16,722 nt of DNA from Planctomycetota bacterium (GTDB lineage Bacteria > Planctomycetota > UBA1135), in contig JASFYO010000011.1 in assembly GCA_045047305.1 (NCBI GenBank), positions 1 through 16,722 on the forward strand, written 5' to 3'. The notes under the pieces were generated by a model that searched no databases, was not told where the DNA came from, and was given only the letters and a program-made list of their open reading frames with translations. Of the stretch, positions 7,860-16,722 are shown piece after piece (within the stretch, counting starts at the first letter, position 1; every line of letters starts with the position of its first letter). Position numbers and translations under genes: made by a program.

Positions 7860-8719
7860 TGCGTCGCAAGTTCGTCGTACAAAGTCTCCAACCAACGTTC
7901 GGTTGGGATGAAGCTCCAGGACCAAGAGTCCCACTCTTGCGGAAGTCCGGCCTCCACCACTTGTTCACGACTCTGACCAGAAGCAATCCGCTGCTGAACA
8001 ATGGAAGATGTTTGTTGGATCATGTCGCGAAAATCAACCAAGTCTTGGTAGCTTGAAAGTGGCCCGTGCCCTGGAATGATTTTCCAGTCCTTCGGGGTAT
8101 TATCCAAAACGACCCCGATGTTGCTGAGATAACCTTTGAGGCTTCCCCCACTCTGTGGATCAATGAAGGGGAACATGCCGGAGAAGAAGTGGTCGCCCAT
8201 GTGGACCACTTTAGATTGGTGAAAAATCACCACACAGTCGCCGTCGGTATGCCCTGATGGCATATGCAATAGCTGTACTTGCTCGCCATTGAAGTAGATA
8301 GATAGCTCATCGTTGAAGGTGAGGTCGGGAAGTGCTTCCGCAACAGCAGGACCTTTCCCACGACCGCCTTGCATCAGACGCAAACGCACATTGTCATGTG
8401 CTATTAGAATCGCATCGGTGCTGAATCGAGCATTGCCGCCAGTGTGGTCGCCGTGCCAATGAGTGTTCACCAGGTACTTCGGTTTCTCATCACTGAGTTC
8501 GGCTAAAGCAGCACGAATCTTCGGCTCCATCGGGCCAAACTGACTATCAATCATAAGCACGCCGTCGTCTCCGATACTAAAGCCAATGTTCCCGCCATAA
8601 CCAGTGAGCATATAAACGTTGCCGTCGACCAATTCAGTGGTAGCTGTGGCGTTTTCGAACGGATCCTGGGCGACGATGCCTAGACCAAGGGCTGCTGCAG
8701 CTGCGAGAAAGAGTTTCAT
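7856..8719 (-). CDS. Exported MBL-fold metallo-hydrolase (glyoxalase II/cyclase-like)
   Basis: Signal peptide; GGNIG, VLMIDSQF, NTHWHGDHTGGN (HxHxDH), GHTDGD, HMGD, IIPGHG. Confidence 0.9.
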   Translation of the reverse strand: MKLFLAAAAALGLGIVAQDPFENATATTELVDGNVYMLTGYGGNIGFSIGDDGVLMIDSQFGPMEPKIRAALAELSDEKPKYLVNTHWHGDHTGGNARFSTDAILIAHDNVRLRLMQGGRGKGPAVAEALPDLTFNDELSIYFNGEQVQLLHMPSGHTDGDCVVIFHQSKVVHMGDHFFSGMFPFIDPQSGGSLKGYLSNIGVVLDNTPKDWKIIPGHGPLSSYQDLVDFRDMIQQTSSIVQQRIASGQSREQVVEAGLPQEWDSWSWSFIPTERWLETLYDELATH

Positions 8720-8755
8720 GAGGACATCAGAGAGTTGAACTCCCTAAGTCATAAT

Positions 8756-9847
8756 CTAACCGCGCGGAACTAATTCTTCTGCAAGTGCGCGCAGACCATC
8801 ACGGAAGGCCTTTTCAGAGAACCGTTGCGCCGACTTCTGAATCTTCGATGCATCCCAAACGATGGCTTCCGCACGTTTGATCGCGCTCATTACGGCTTCA
8901 ACGCTTTGTTCTTGGAAGTGCACTCCCGTGACACCGTCCACAACCGTTTCTGCAGTACCGCCCTTGCCAAGCGCCACCACCGGACGGCCAGCGGCTAAAG
9001 CTTCGACCGGGGAAATGCCAAAATCTTCCTCTGCTGGGAAAACGAATGCGCGACATCCGGCCACGAGGGAAAGCATTTCTTCATCGGAAACGAATCCAAG
9101 AAGCTCCACGGTTGGCCCTGCTTGTTCGCGTAAGGCCTCGAACATTGGGCCGCGTCCGGCAATCTTTAAATTGAGTTTGAGGCGGTTGCAGGCATCGACC
9201 AACAGATCCACGCGTTTGTAACCTTCCAGACGCAAAGCTGTGAAGTAGTAGTCGCCAGGTTCCACGCCTTCTGCCGCTTTGCGATATGGTTCCAAATCTA
9301 CCGGTGGGTATACCACTTTGGATTCTTTGCCATAAGCACTTTGAACCATACCGGCCACGTAATCCGAAATGGAAACGTAGAGATCTGGATTGTTTTTATG
9401 CTTTTGGTCCCAGCGTCGAAAGCGAGTGGTCACCATCTTCAGAGCAGGGCGCAAAATTGCCGGATACCCCGAAAGGAACATGTCCTCGCGGTCGTAAGCA
9501 AACATCGCCGGCCGATAGATGTAACAAAGATGTGGGATGCCTTCCGGCGCCTTCAAGTTCTTCATGAAGGAGACGGAAGAAGAGATAAGCAAGTCCACCC
9601 CTTCCCAATCGATTTTTCGCGGCAGGCGATCAACGATGCCTTGAAACAATGGTAGCGGCCAACGATATTTTTCCGGTGGCACTTTACCTTGTAACCACGA
9701 CGAGCGAATGTCCATGCCCGCGTACTGAGGTAACTCTTCCGCCAGAAGTGTGTGAATCGTGGCATCGGGCCACATTGCATGCATGTGTTCCAATACCTTG
9801 TCAGCACCGCCATGGCGAAGGAAATCATGTGCGATGACGACTTTCAT
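8756..9847 (-). CDS. GT4-family glycosyltransferase
   Basis: MKVVIAHDFL..GGADKVL, VVYPPVD, YKRVDL, EEDFGISPVEALAAGRPVVA (ExFGxxxxE). Confidence 0.92.
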   Translation of the reverse strand: MKVVIAHDFLRHGGADKVLEHMHAMWPDATIHTLLAEELPQYAGMDIRSSWLQGKVPPEKYRWPLPLFQGIVDRLPRKIDWEGVDLLISSSVSFMKNLKAPEGIPHLCYIYRPAMFAYDREDMFLSGYPAILRPALKMVTTRFRRWDQKHKNNPDLYVSISDYVAGMVQSAYGKESKVVYPPVDLEPYRKAAEGVEPGDYYFTALRLEGYKRVDLLVDACNRLKLNLKIAGRGPMFEALREQAGPTVELLGFVSDEEMLSLVAGCRAFVFPAEEDFGISPVEALAAGRPVVALGKGGTAETVVDGVTGVHFQEQSVEAVMSAIKRAEAIVWDASKIQKSAQRFSEKAFRDGLRALAEELVPRG

Positions 9848-9850
9848 CGA

Positions 9851-10819
9851 CTATGCATTTTCGAGACTTTCTCCCGCCGCCACTCGAGCGCGGGCATCGA
9901 TAGCAAGTTCATCCAACAATGCATCTACATCCAAAGTGGGCGCGTAGCCGAGTAAATCATGCAGACGGCGGTTATCGCCGACCAACATGTTGGCATCTGC
10001 GGCTCCGCGAAGGCGCGCATCTTCTTGCTGCACTTTGATGTCACCTTGGAAGCGGGTGACCAAGCCATCCAGCAAGTCACCAATCACAACTCCTTTTCCA
10101 GAACAAATGTTAAGCAAATCGACTTTGCCAGCATGCTTCAACAAAGCGAGATAAGTGTTTACGACATCGCGCACATGAAGGAAGTCACGCACGGCATCAA
10201 GGCGGCCGACGGCGAGACTTCCCCCACCCTTGGCTTCTAATCCAGCAAGCCGCATTGCGAAACTTGGCAATGCAAAGGCAGGGAGTTGCCCGGCTCCAGT
10301 GTGATTAAAGGGGCGAACCACCGTGATGCGGTGTCCCTTGTCACGCAACTGCATGGCCATGGCTTCGCCATCCAACTTGGTAGCGCCATAAACATTGATT
10401 GGCTCTAGTTGTTGGTCTTCCGACAGAGGCTGCGAAGCCGGGCGATACACATGCCCTGAAGACACATGCACAATCGGGCAATCCGGCCACCGCTTCAAAA
10501 ACTCTTGGTACATCCAGTGTGGGCCATCCACGTTGATGGCTTGCGCCAGCTCAGGATTTGCCTCACAGGCGGGCGGCGAAGAAAGTGCAGCTAAGTGCAC
10601 CAAGCCTTCTGGTTCAGGCAGAGAATCCCATGCAGCCAAAGCTGCTGCGGAGGGACCATTGGCCCATTCCACCAGATCTAACTTGGCGAAAGAACCGTAG
10701 GCGGAAGCATCGAGAGGCTGTAAACCGAGCGCGGTCCACCGTTTCTCCTTTTGCTCCAGGGCATCACGCAACCAGCCGCCGACGAATCCGTCCGCTCCAG
10801 TCAGCCAAATGCTGGTCAT
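9851..10819 (-). CDS. rmd: Extended SDR, probable GDP-4-keto-6-deoxy-D-mannose reductase (Rmd-like)
   Basis: TGADGFVG, HLAA.S, SSGHVY, YGATK (YxxxK), RPFNHTG.GQ, RDFLHVRDVV. Directly downstream of gmd with a TGATG overlap. Confidence 0.7.
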   Translation of the reverse strand: MTSIWLTGADGFVGGWLRDALEQKEKRWTALGLQPLDASAYGSFAKLDLVEWANGPSAAALAAWDSLPEPEGLVHLAALSSPPACEANPELAQAINVDGPHWMYQEFLKRWPDCPIVHVSSGHVYRPASQPLSEDQQLEPINVYGATKLDGEAMAMQLRDKGHRITVVRPFNHTGAGQLPAFALPSFAMRLAGLEAKGGGSLAVGRLDAVRDFLHVRDVVNTYLALLKHAGKVDLLNICSGKGVVIGDLLDGLVTRFQGDIKVQQEDARLRGAADANMLVGDNRRLHDLLGYAPTLDVDALLDELAIDARARVAAGESLENA

Positions 10820-11829
10820 CAGGAAACCTTAAAGGTGTCGGGCAAAGAACCGCGAGTTGGTTCTTTAAACATGTCGAGACGACGCTGAAGGTCGGCATCG
10901 ACCATCATTTCAACTAAGCCACGGAAGTCCACCTTGGGCTCCCAACCGAGCTTCTCCTTCGCCTTACTGGCATCGCCAAGGAGCAGATCCACCTCTGCGG
11001 GACGGAAGAATCGTGGGTCAACGACTACATAATCTTCGTAGTTCAAACCAACGCGCCCAAATGCGATTCGGCAAAACTCACGCACCGATTCGGTGGTGCC
11101 GGTCGAGATGACGTAATCCTCTGGAGTGTCAGCCTGCAGCATCAAATGCATGGCGCGGATGTAATCCCCAGCGAATCCCCAGTCGCGACGTGCATCCAAG
11201 TTGCCCAGTGCCAACTGATCCTTTTCGCCAAACACAATCGCTGCGACGTGATCGCTGATTTTCCTGGTGACAAACTCCAAACCGCGACGTGGCGACTCGT
11301 GGTTAAACAAAATACCCGAGCAGGCGTACATATCGTAGCTTTCGCGGTAGTTCACTGTAGCCCAGTGGCCGTAAACCTTCGCGACTCCATAGGGAGAGCG
11401 TGGGTGAAACGGAGTAGTTTCGCGCTGTGGAGTCTCATGAACTTCACCAAACATCTCACTGGAAGATGCTTGATAAAAGCGAGCCTTGGGGCACACCAAG
11501 CGTACAGCTTCCAACATACGGATCACACCGAGGCCAGTGACGTCGCCGGTATGGATTGGCTCGTGAAAGGAAGAGTGCACAAAGCTTTGTGCAGCCAGAT
11601 TGTAAATCTCGTCTGGCTTGTGCTCATCGAGCAGGCGCATCAGGGAAGACTGGTCGAGCAGGTCACCATGGCCGATTTCGACTTGATCCTCAACCGCGGA
11701 AAAACGCTCGGTAGAAGGCGTGGCAGAGCGGCGCATCATGCCCACAACCTTATAGCCTTGTTTCAGGAGGTGCTCCGCTAGGTAGGAGCCATCTTGGCCG
11801 GTAATGCCGGTAATGAAAGCGGTTTTCAT
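10819..11829 (-). CDS. gmd: GDP-mannose 4,6-dehydratase
   Basis: Start at ATG 11829: [19 protein letters not shown]. Also [71 protein letters not shown]. Confidence 0.97.
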   Translation of the reverse strand: MKTAFITGITGQDGSYLAEHLLKQGYKVVGMMRRSATPSTERFSAVEDQVEIGHGDLLDQSSLMRLLDEHKPDEIYNLAAQSFVHSSFHEPIHTGDVTGLGVIRMLEAVRLVCPKARFYQASSSEMFGEVHETPQRETTPFHPRSPYGVAKVYGHWATVNYRESYDMYACSGILFNHESPRRGLEFVTRKISDHVAAIVFGEKDQLALGNLDARRDWGFAGDYIRAMHLMLQADTPEDYVISTGTTESVREFCRIAFGRVGLNYEDYVVVDPRFFRPAEVDLLLGDASKAKEKLGWEPKVDFRGLVEMMVDADLQRRLDMFKEPTRGSLPDTFKVS

Positions 11830-11868
11830 GGGTATCTGGGGGAGGTTTCGAATCCCTGGAGAACAGGA

Positions 11869-11874
11869 ATCATA
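11869..11874 (-). promoter_or_regulatory. -10-like box TATGAT upstream of gmd
   Basis: Minus strand ggTATGATtcc in the glnS-gmd spacer, 39 nt before the ATG. Confidence 0.35.
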
Positions 11875-11912
11875 CCGTCGACCGGTATTTATCGGCACAT
11901 TATGCTGCCGAT

Positions 11913-13595
11913 TCAGCTGATCTGCGCCTTCAATTTCTTCTCCAGCTTGGCCCAACTATCACGCAAAGCCACGCTGCGGTTGAACACCAAGTGCTCTGCC
12001 GAGGAATCCGCATCCAAGCAGAAATAACCGTTGCGCTCAAACTGCACCGACTCTCCCAGCGCGAGATCGGAAAGACTAGGCTCCAACACCGCCCTCACCT
12101 TCTTCAGCGAATCCGGATTGAGATTTTCAAGGAAGTCAGCAGTCGCCTCGGGCTTGGCCTCTTGGAAAAGGTGATCGTACAAACGCACCTCGGCGTGCAC
12201 CGCAGTGTCGGCGTGCACCCAATGAATGGTGCCCTTCACCTTGCGCTCATCTTCGGTGTTGCCACCACGCGATTCCGGATCATAGGTGCAGCGAATTTCA
12301 GTGACGTTGCCGTCTGCATCCTTATCGAAACCAGTACAAGTGAGGTAGTAGGCATACTTAAAGCGCACCTCGGCGCCGGGCTTCAAGCGGAAGTATTTAC
12401 GTGGCGCTTCCTCACGGAAATCTTCACGTTCGATCCACAACTCACGACCAAACGGAACTTCGCGCGTGCCCATTGCTTCCTCGCCTGGATGGTTCTTCGC
12501 ATCCACCATTTCGACTTTGCCTTCCGGATAGTTTTCCACCACCACTTTGATCGGATCCAATACCGCCATCCGACGCGGCGCTACATCGTTCAGCTCATCG
12601 CGCAAGATCGATTGCAGGAGTGAAAAATCGACCGTGCCTTCGGTGCGAGTAATCCCAACTTGCTTACAAAACTCGCGAATGGCGGTCGCGGTGATCCCGC
12701 GCCGGCGCATGCCACGAATCGTCGGCATACGTGGGTCATCCCAACTTGCGACATGACCGCCATCGACCAAGGTCTTGAGCTTACGCTTACTAGTAATGGT
12801 GTAGCTTAAGTTTAAGCGCGAAAACTCATACTGCCGTGGACGGGCTGGAATCGGCAAATGGTCCAAGAACCACTCATAAAGTGGACGATGATTCTCAAAC
12901 TCTAAGGTGCACAAACTATGTGTGACTTTTTCAATCGCATCTGACTGCCCGTGTGCGAAATCGTACATCGGGTAAATGCACCATGTATCGCCAGTACGTG
13001 GATGACTCTTCTTTTGCACTCGGTACAACACGGCATCGCGCAGGTTGAGGTTCGGGTGCGCCATATCGATCTTGGCACGTAAGACTTTCGACCCATCTTC
13101 AAACTCACCAGCGCGCATCCGTTGAAACAAGTCCAAGCTCTCTGCAGCAGGGCGATCACGGTATGGGCTATCGCTGCCTGGGTGATTCAAGTCACCACGA
13201 TTGGCGCGAATCTCTTCTGCCGTTTGCTCATCAACGTAAGCGTGTCCTGATTGAATCAGATGACAAGCCCAGTCGTACAACTGACCAAAGTAATCCGAGG
13301 CGTGGTAAAGATGCTCACCCCAATCAAAACCTAACCACCGGATGTCCTCCTGGATGGCATCGGCATAATGTTGCTCTTCCTTCGACGGATTAGTGTCATC
13401 AAAACGCAAATGGCAGACCCCACCAAACTCCTCAGCCACTCCAAAGTCGAGGCAGATTGCCTTCGCATGCCCGACGTGCAGATAACCATTTGGCTCTGGC
13501 GGGAAGCGCGTGACAATGGACGTGTGTTTACCGGAGGCTAAATCCTCCTTGATGATACTGCGGACAAAATCCGTCGGGCTTTCCTGGGTACTCAT
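11913..13595 (-). CDS. glnS: Glutamine--tRNA ligase
   Basis: [53 protein letters not shown]...[30 protein letters not shown]. Likely start at ATG 13595 (MSTQES). Confidence 0.97.
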   Translation of the reverse strand: MSTQESPTDFVRSIIKEDLASGKHTSIVTRFPPEPNGYLHVGHAKAICLDFGVAEEFGGVCHLRFDDTNPSKEEQHYADAIQEDIRWLGFDWGEHLYHASDYFGQLYDWACHLIQSGHAYVDEQTAEEIRANRGDLNHPGSDSPYRDRPAAESLDLFQRMRAGEFEDGSKVLRAKIDMAHPNLNLRDAVLYRVQKKSHPRTGDTWCIYPMYDFAHGQSDAIEKVTHSLCTLEFENHRPLYEWFLDHLPIPARPRQYEFSRLNLSYTITSKRKLKTLVDGGHVASWDDPRMPTIRGMRRRGITATAIREFCKQVGITRTEGTVDFSLLQSILRDELNDVAPRRMAVLDPIKVVVENYPEGKVEMVDAKNHPGEEAMGTREVPFGRELWIEREDFREEAPRKYFRLKPGAEVRFKYAYYLTCTGFDKDADGNVTEIRCTYDPESRGGNTEDERKVKGTIHWVHADTAVHAEVRLYDHLFQEAKPEATADFLENLNPDSLKKVRAVLEPSLSDLALGESVQFERNGYFCLDADSSAEHLVFNRSVALRDSWAKLEKKLKAQIS

Positions 13596-13668
13596 GGGTA
13601 GTCTCGCGATGTTCCGCGGCACAGTTTACAGGTGCTTCGCGTAACCACCGAAACTACCCCAAAAGGCC

Positions 13669-15591
13669 TTACCAGGTAGCGGTAGCCATGACTTCTGGCG
13701 GAGCCTGTCCAGTGCGGTACCACGATTTGATTAGGTCCAATCCGGTGTCCTTAAGAAACGGCACGGAGCCGTCGTTGGCCAAAAACAGGAACTGCAGGTA
13801 CTCCCAGGAGACCGTTTGGTAGAGCAGGGAGATTTCTGCACGAGCTGCGCCGGCAGGAGGGGTCATCACAAACTCATCCCAGTGTTGGTACTCTCCACCA
13901 ACGCCCGGGTTGCCGTATAAAGTAGAAGGCACCGGCAAGCAGTTACGCACATAGGCCGAGTCATAACTCATGCGGTAAGGCGGAATGCGGTTATCCGCCA
14001 GCACCTTGTTGTTCAACGCAAAGTGGAAGGAGTGCGCGGTAGAACCTGAAGGCTTGGCCGCCAATCCGCCCAGAGTTTCAATCACTGAGCCGTCGATGCG
14101 ATCAAACATCAGCGGGCTGTTTGGATCGGATCCAATTGCGATTAATTGAGTCGCCCACTCCTGAGTCATACCAGGCTCCACTTGATATATCCGAGTATTC
14201 GGATCGTTCAAATTCGTCAAAGATTGCACCAGACCAGCGCGAGTTCCAATCGTCACAGCAATGTTGCCGTATTCGCCATCTTCACGCACAAGTTGGTTCG
14301 CAGTGTTGTACCACTTGATATTCAGCCACATACGTCGGCCTTCCGGGTAACCGGTGAACAGCTTGTGGCCAGTGAGGTTGAACACTTTGACCGTGTTACC
14401 AACCACTTCCAAGGATGCCGCACTTGCCAACATGCTGCGTGCACGATCCTGCGCCCAACCGATGGCATTGCGGTCTTTGCTGTTCAAGCCGCCACCAATA
14501 ATGAGTTGATCACGACTATCCATATCGATAATCATGTCGCCCATCACCGTGTTACCCCCAGTTAAGTCGTGAGTAGGCACATCTAGACGATAAGGAGCGC
14601 TTGGATACGAGCTACCTTTACCTGCCACGGGACGCATGTGGCAACTCTGGCAAGAGTAGGTGCGCGCGGTGCCGTCTTCGTAATCGCCACCCTGCAAAGC
14701 GACCAGGGAGGCATCGTAAATTTCACGCAAGATACCGGTCTGCAGCTCCACAGGTAGGGTCAAGAAATTCTTCACCGGAAAATCAATCAGCGCCCCCGAT
14801 GCATGCTCAGAAGAAGTACGTTCCACCACGCCGTATCCATGCGGCTTATTATTAAAGGCTGCCTTGGTGGTTAAGGGGTCACCCAAAACGCCACTAAAAG
14901 TTCCAGGGAGCAATGGAACCTCGCTTCCGTTGTTATGCGCAAGATCTCCCACAATCGGATTACTCACGTCGTGGCAAGTGGCACACATCTCGGAACTGCG
15001 GTGAAAGTTAGACTTTACGGTTGGGTGCGGAGCAAAAATGCTGCCGTAAGGTCCGTAGCGGTCAATGCCATCGGCTAGCACGTACTGACCACTACCCAAA
15101 TAGGCTTCGGGGTTCGGGCCGCCAGTGTTCGCAATAAAAGGAGGGTTCTGCACTCCGAGGTGTTCACTCTCATCCGGGTTGGTCAAACGGTGACACAGCA
15201 TGCACTCCACGCCATCGCCATCCAAAGCCGGATCTAAACCGGAGCCGTCGGTTGGGGTGGAACGATCCTCCAGCCACCCCGAAGGCGAGTGGCAACGAAT
15301 GCAAAGGTCGCCGGCGCCATCGAAATCCTGCTCTGCAATCGCAACACTGGCCCAGAACAAAGGATCGCGGCCCGCTTGCGACATCATCGACCCATTCCAA
15401 ATTCGATACGGCTCGGTATTCAAATCGAAATAGCCGTGACAACCAACACAATTGTCGGAAGTCTCGATAGCAAGGACCTCCAAGGCTTGAGTGCCTGGTT
15501 GCTGAACCTCGTTAGGAACAGTGAAGGCAAAAAAGGCCGCGGTCGTGGTCCCGGACAATGCCAAAAAAAGGAGGATGTGGAGAGGGCGCAT
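13669..15591 (-). CDS. Exported pentaheme c-type cytochrome (c554/c552-like N-terminal region plus a large heme-free C-terminal region)
   Basis: Five CxxCH motifs (CVGCH, CIRCH, CMLCH, CATCH, CQSCH), N-terminal signal/TM segment from ATG 15591, W.GSMM.QAGRDPLF and NLTGHKL.TGYPEGRRMWL motifs. Confidence 0.88.
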   Translation of the reverse strand: MRPLHILLFLALSGTTTAAFFAFTVPNEVQQPGTQALEVLAIETSDNCVGCHGYFDLNTEPYRIWNGSMMSQAGRDPLFWASVAIAEQDFDGAGDLCIRCHSPSGWLEDRSTPTDGSGLDPALDGDGVECMLCHRLTNPDESEHLGVQNPPFIANTGGPNPEAYLGSGQYVLADGIDRYGPYGSIFAPHPTVKSNFHRSSEMCATCHDVSNPIVGDLAHNNGSEVPLLPGTFSGVLGDPLTTKAAFNNKPHGYGVVERTSSEHASGALIDFPVKNFLTLPVELQTGILREIYDASLVALQGGDYEDGTARTYSCQSCHMRPVAGKGSSYPSAPYRLDVPTHDLTGGNTVMGDMIIDMDSRDQLIIGGGLNSKDRNAIGWAQDRARSMLASAASLEVVGNTVKVFNLTGHKLFTGYPEGRRMWLNIKWYNTANQLVREDGEYGNIAVTIGTRAGLVQSLTNLNDPNTRIYQVEPGMTQEWATQLIAIGSDPNSPLMFDRIDGSVIETLGGLAAKPSGSTAHSFHFALNNKVLADNRIPPYRMSYDSAYVRNCLPVPSTLYGNPGVGGEYQHWDEFVMTPPAGAARAEISLLYQTVSWEYLQFLFLANDGSVPFLKDTGLDLIKSWYRTGQAPPEVMATATW

Positions 15592-15600
15592 GGACACCGA

Positions 15601-15606
15601 AGTGTA
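15601..15606 (-). promoter_or_regulatory. -10-like box TACACT 9 nt upstream of the cytochrome ATG
   Basis: Minus strand aaTACACTtcggtgtccATG (ATG 15591), no SD. Confidence 0.4.
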
Positions 15607-15669
15607 TTCCACAACCTAGGACGACGTGCATAGGAATCCGTTCCTCCTTATTGGGGCTAAGGGCGACGC

Positions 15670-15675
15670 TATCCT
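15670..15675 (+). promoter_or_regulatory. -10-like box TATCCT 6 nt upstream of ATG; candidate leaderless promoter
   Basis: gcTATCCTcctctcATG (ATG 15682), no SD. Confidence 0.5.
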
Positions 15676-15681
15676 CCTCTC

Positions 15682-16050
15682 ATGGCTCGTTTTCTCGCTC
15701 CTCTGCTGCTTCTAGGTCTCGGCTCCTGCTTTATGGGCCAAGTCACCGTCGACGAGGACCTAGATCCTCAAGCCATCTCCCAACTGCAGGCTGGCAAGTC
15801 CACCGATGCCGATGTGATGATGCTCCTAGGGGCCCCGAATAAAGTGGTAGAGCTAGGAAACAAGTCTGCCTGGCTGTATCAATCGCAGAACACCAAGCAA
15901 ATGGGCATGTGGCTCCTAATTTTTGGCGCTTATGGTGAAGACACTCAATTCGATCGTTGCTGGGTGTTCTTTGACGAAAACGGCATTCTTAGCCATTACG
16001 GAGACAACCTAAACGCTGCCACGGCGGAGTATCACCTCAGTGGCTCGTAA
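15682..16050 (+). CDS. BamE/SmpA-like outer-membrane lipoprotein
   Basis: Lipobox LGLGS-C; ISQLQAGKST.ADV..LLGAP..V....AWLY ... VFFDENGILSHY pattern. Confidence 0.75.
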   Translation: MARFLAPLLLLGLGSCFMGQVTVDEDLDPQAISQLQAGKSTDADVMMLLGAPNKVVELGNKSAWLYQSQNTKQMGMWLLIFGAYGEDTQFDRCWVFFDENGILSHYGDNLNAATAEYHLSGS

Positions 16051-16441
16051 TTCAGGCCTGCGCGCAAGGCTGCTCCTCGCCACACTGGCCCTGGCACTAC
16101 TCCCTCTATGGAGTTGCGCCGGCTTTAATCGCACCCATCGGCGGGTGGACAGCGCCCCGCCGTTGCACGAGCTCAAAGCATTGGCCGAGGACCACGCAGA
16201 TTTAACCTTATGCCTCGACCGCCTAGGCCCCCCCACCTCGGTAGAGCGAAGCCAAGATGAAACAGAGATGGTGCTGACCTGGACCTGGGATGAGCAAGAC
16301 GCCTGGGGCTTCTTCATTTCCGTTCCCAGCGGAACTCATTTCAGCCCTTCCCTCAATTGGGCCGACGTCGCAAACCAACCACAATTTGTGCGCTTGTTTT
16401 TCGACAGCAATTGGACCTTAGTGGATATCGCCCAGGGCTAA
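16040..16441 (+). CDS. Lipoprotein, divergent BamE/SmpA-like fold
   Basis: GTG start overlapping the previous gene; signal peptide ending LWS-C; CLDRLGPPTSVE...LTWTW...VRLFFDSNWTL parallels the upstream gene. Confidence 0.6.
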   Translation: MARNSGLRARLLLATLALALLPLWSCAGFNRTHRRVDSAPPLHELKALAEDHADLTLCLDRLGPPTSVERSQDETEMVLTWTWDEQDAWGFFISVPSGTHFSPSLNWADVANQPQFVRLFFDSNWTLVDIAQG

Positions 16442-16588
16442 TCCACTGCTCGGCGTCGCTGCATGAGCAGATAAATTGGAACGCCGGCAGGCTCGGTATG
16501 TAATCCCCACCCGAGGCGGGGAAGCGTTTTGCCATGGCGGCATAGGACAATGCGCCAAAGCAAGCAATCAATCCGCCTCGTCGCTCAT
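16438..16588 (-). pseudogene. Collapsed remnant of an APC-family amino-acid permease gene
   Basis: ATG at 16588 overlaps the upstream stop (ATGA). After MSD(E) the frame changes to GGLIACFGALSYAAMAKRFPASGGDYI (16577-16497; APC signature GAL.YAELA..FP..GG.Y), then changes again to AGVPIYLLMQRRRAVD* (16488-16438; typical permease C-terminus). Confidence 0.8.
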
Positions 16589-16722
16589 GGGCGGCGGAAC
16601 AGCAACAAGTAGTTCTCCTTCAATCCATCGATCTCGGCCTCTTCCACGAACTCAAAACCGGCCTTTTCGATCTCTGCTAAGAAAACTTCTTTACCCGCGC
16701 GCATGTGATTCAAAACCCAAGG
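16585..16722 (-). CDS. 3' end of a probable class I SAM-dependent methyltransferase (partial, runs off the window)
   Basis: Open frame [45 protein letters not shown]. The EIE.AGF...Y...FRR ending is typical of methyltransferase C-termini; the SAM-binding motif is outside the window. Confidence 0.6.
   Translation of the reverse strand, partial: PWVLNHMRAGKEVFLAEIEKAGFEFVEEAEIDGLKENYLLLFRRP

Noticed and set aside
7856..8719. Possible metallo-beta-lactamase resistance gene
   Set aside because: The HxHxDH, HMGD and PGHG motifs fit the widespread glyoxalase II/cyclase-like MBL-fold group; nothing specifically supports beta-lactamase activity.
11830..11955. 42-aa N-terminal extension of Gmd in the ORF track (similar extensions for the porin, glnS and the cytochrome)
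   Set aside because: It overlaps the glnS end and a -10-like box; family homology starts at MKTAFITG (11829).
1..16722. CRISPR arrays, tRNA/rRNA genes, IS or prophage genes, defence systems
   Set aside because: No spaced direct repeats, RNA-gene signatures or transposase, integrase or nuclease motifs were seen; the intergenic spaces are short and accounted for.

Overview
This is a gene-dense bacterial chromosomal segment of moderate GC, possibly from an uncultured Planctomycetota-like organism (weak impression only). I found no RNA genes, CRISPR array or mobile element. In order it holds: a terminator hairpin; a secreted TIGR03790-family protein (-); a putative outer-membrane porin (-); a heavily deleted cholesterol-oxidase (ChoD-type GMC) pseudogene (+); and a tightly coupled four-gene run (+) of a group II PLP decarboxylase with the CSAD-type F-x19-S-x-Y motif, an ANKH/MATE-like membrane protein, a VOC + Zn-ribbon fusion and a DUF4136-like lipoprotein. 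On the minus strand follow an MBL-fold hydrolase, a GT4 glycosyltransferase, an rmd-like reductase, gmd, glnS and a pentaheme cytochrome c. The window ends with two tandem BamE/SmpA-like lipoproteins (+), a 151-bp remnant of an amino-acid permease gene (-) and the 3' end of a probable methyltransferase (-). Three things stand out: two 'skeleton' pseudogenes that keep colinear start, internal and terminal fragments after several internal deletions; the animal-CSAD-like decarboxylase coupled to an ANKH-like exporter; and repeated TAnnnT boxes 6-10 nt before start codons, suggesting leaderless transcription. Family assignments come from motif recognition, not database searches.
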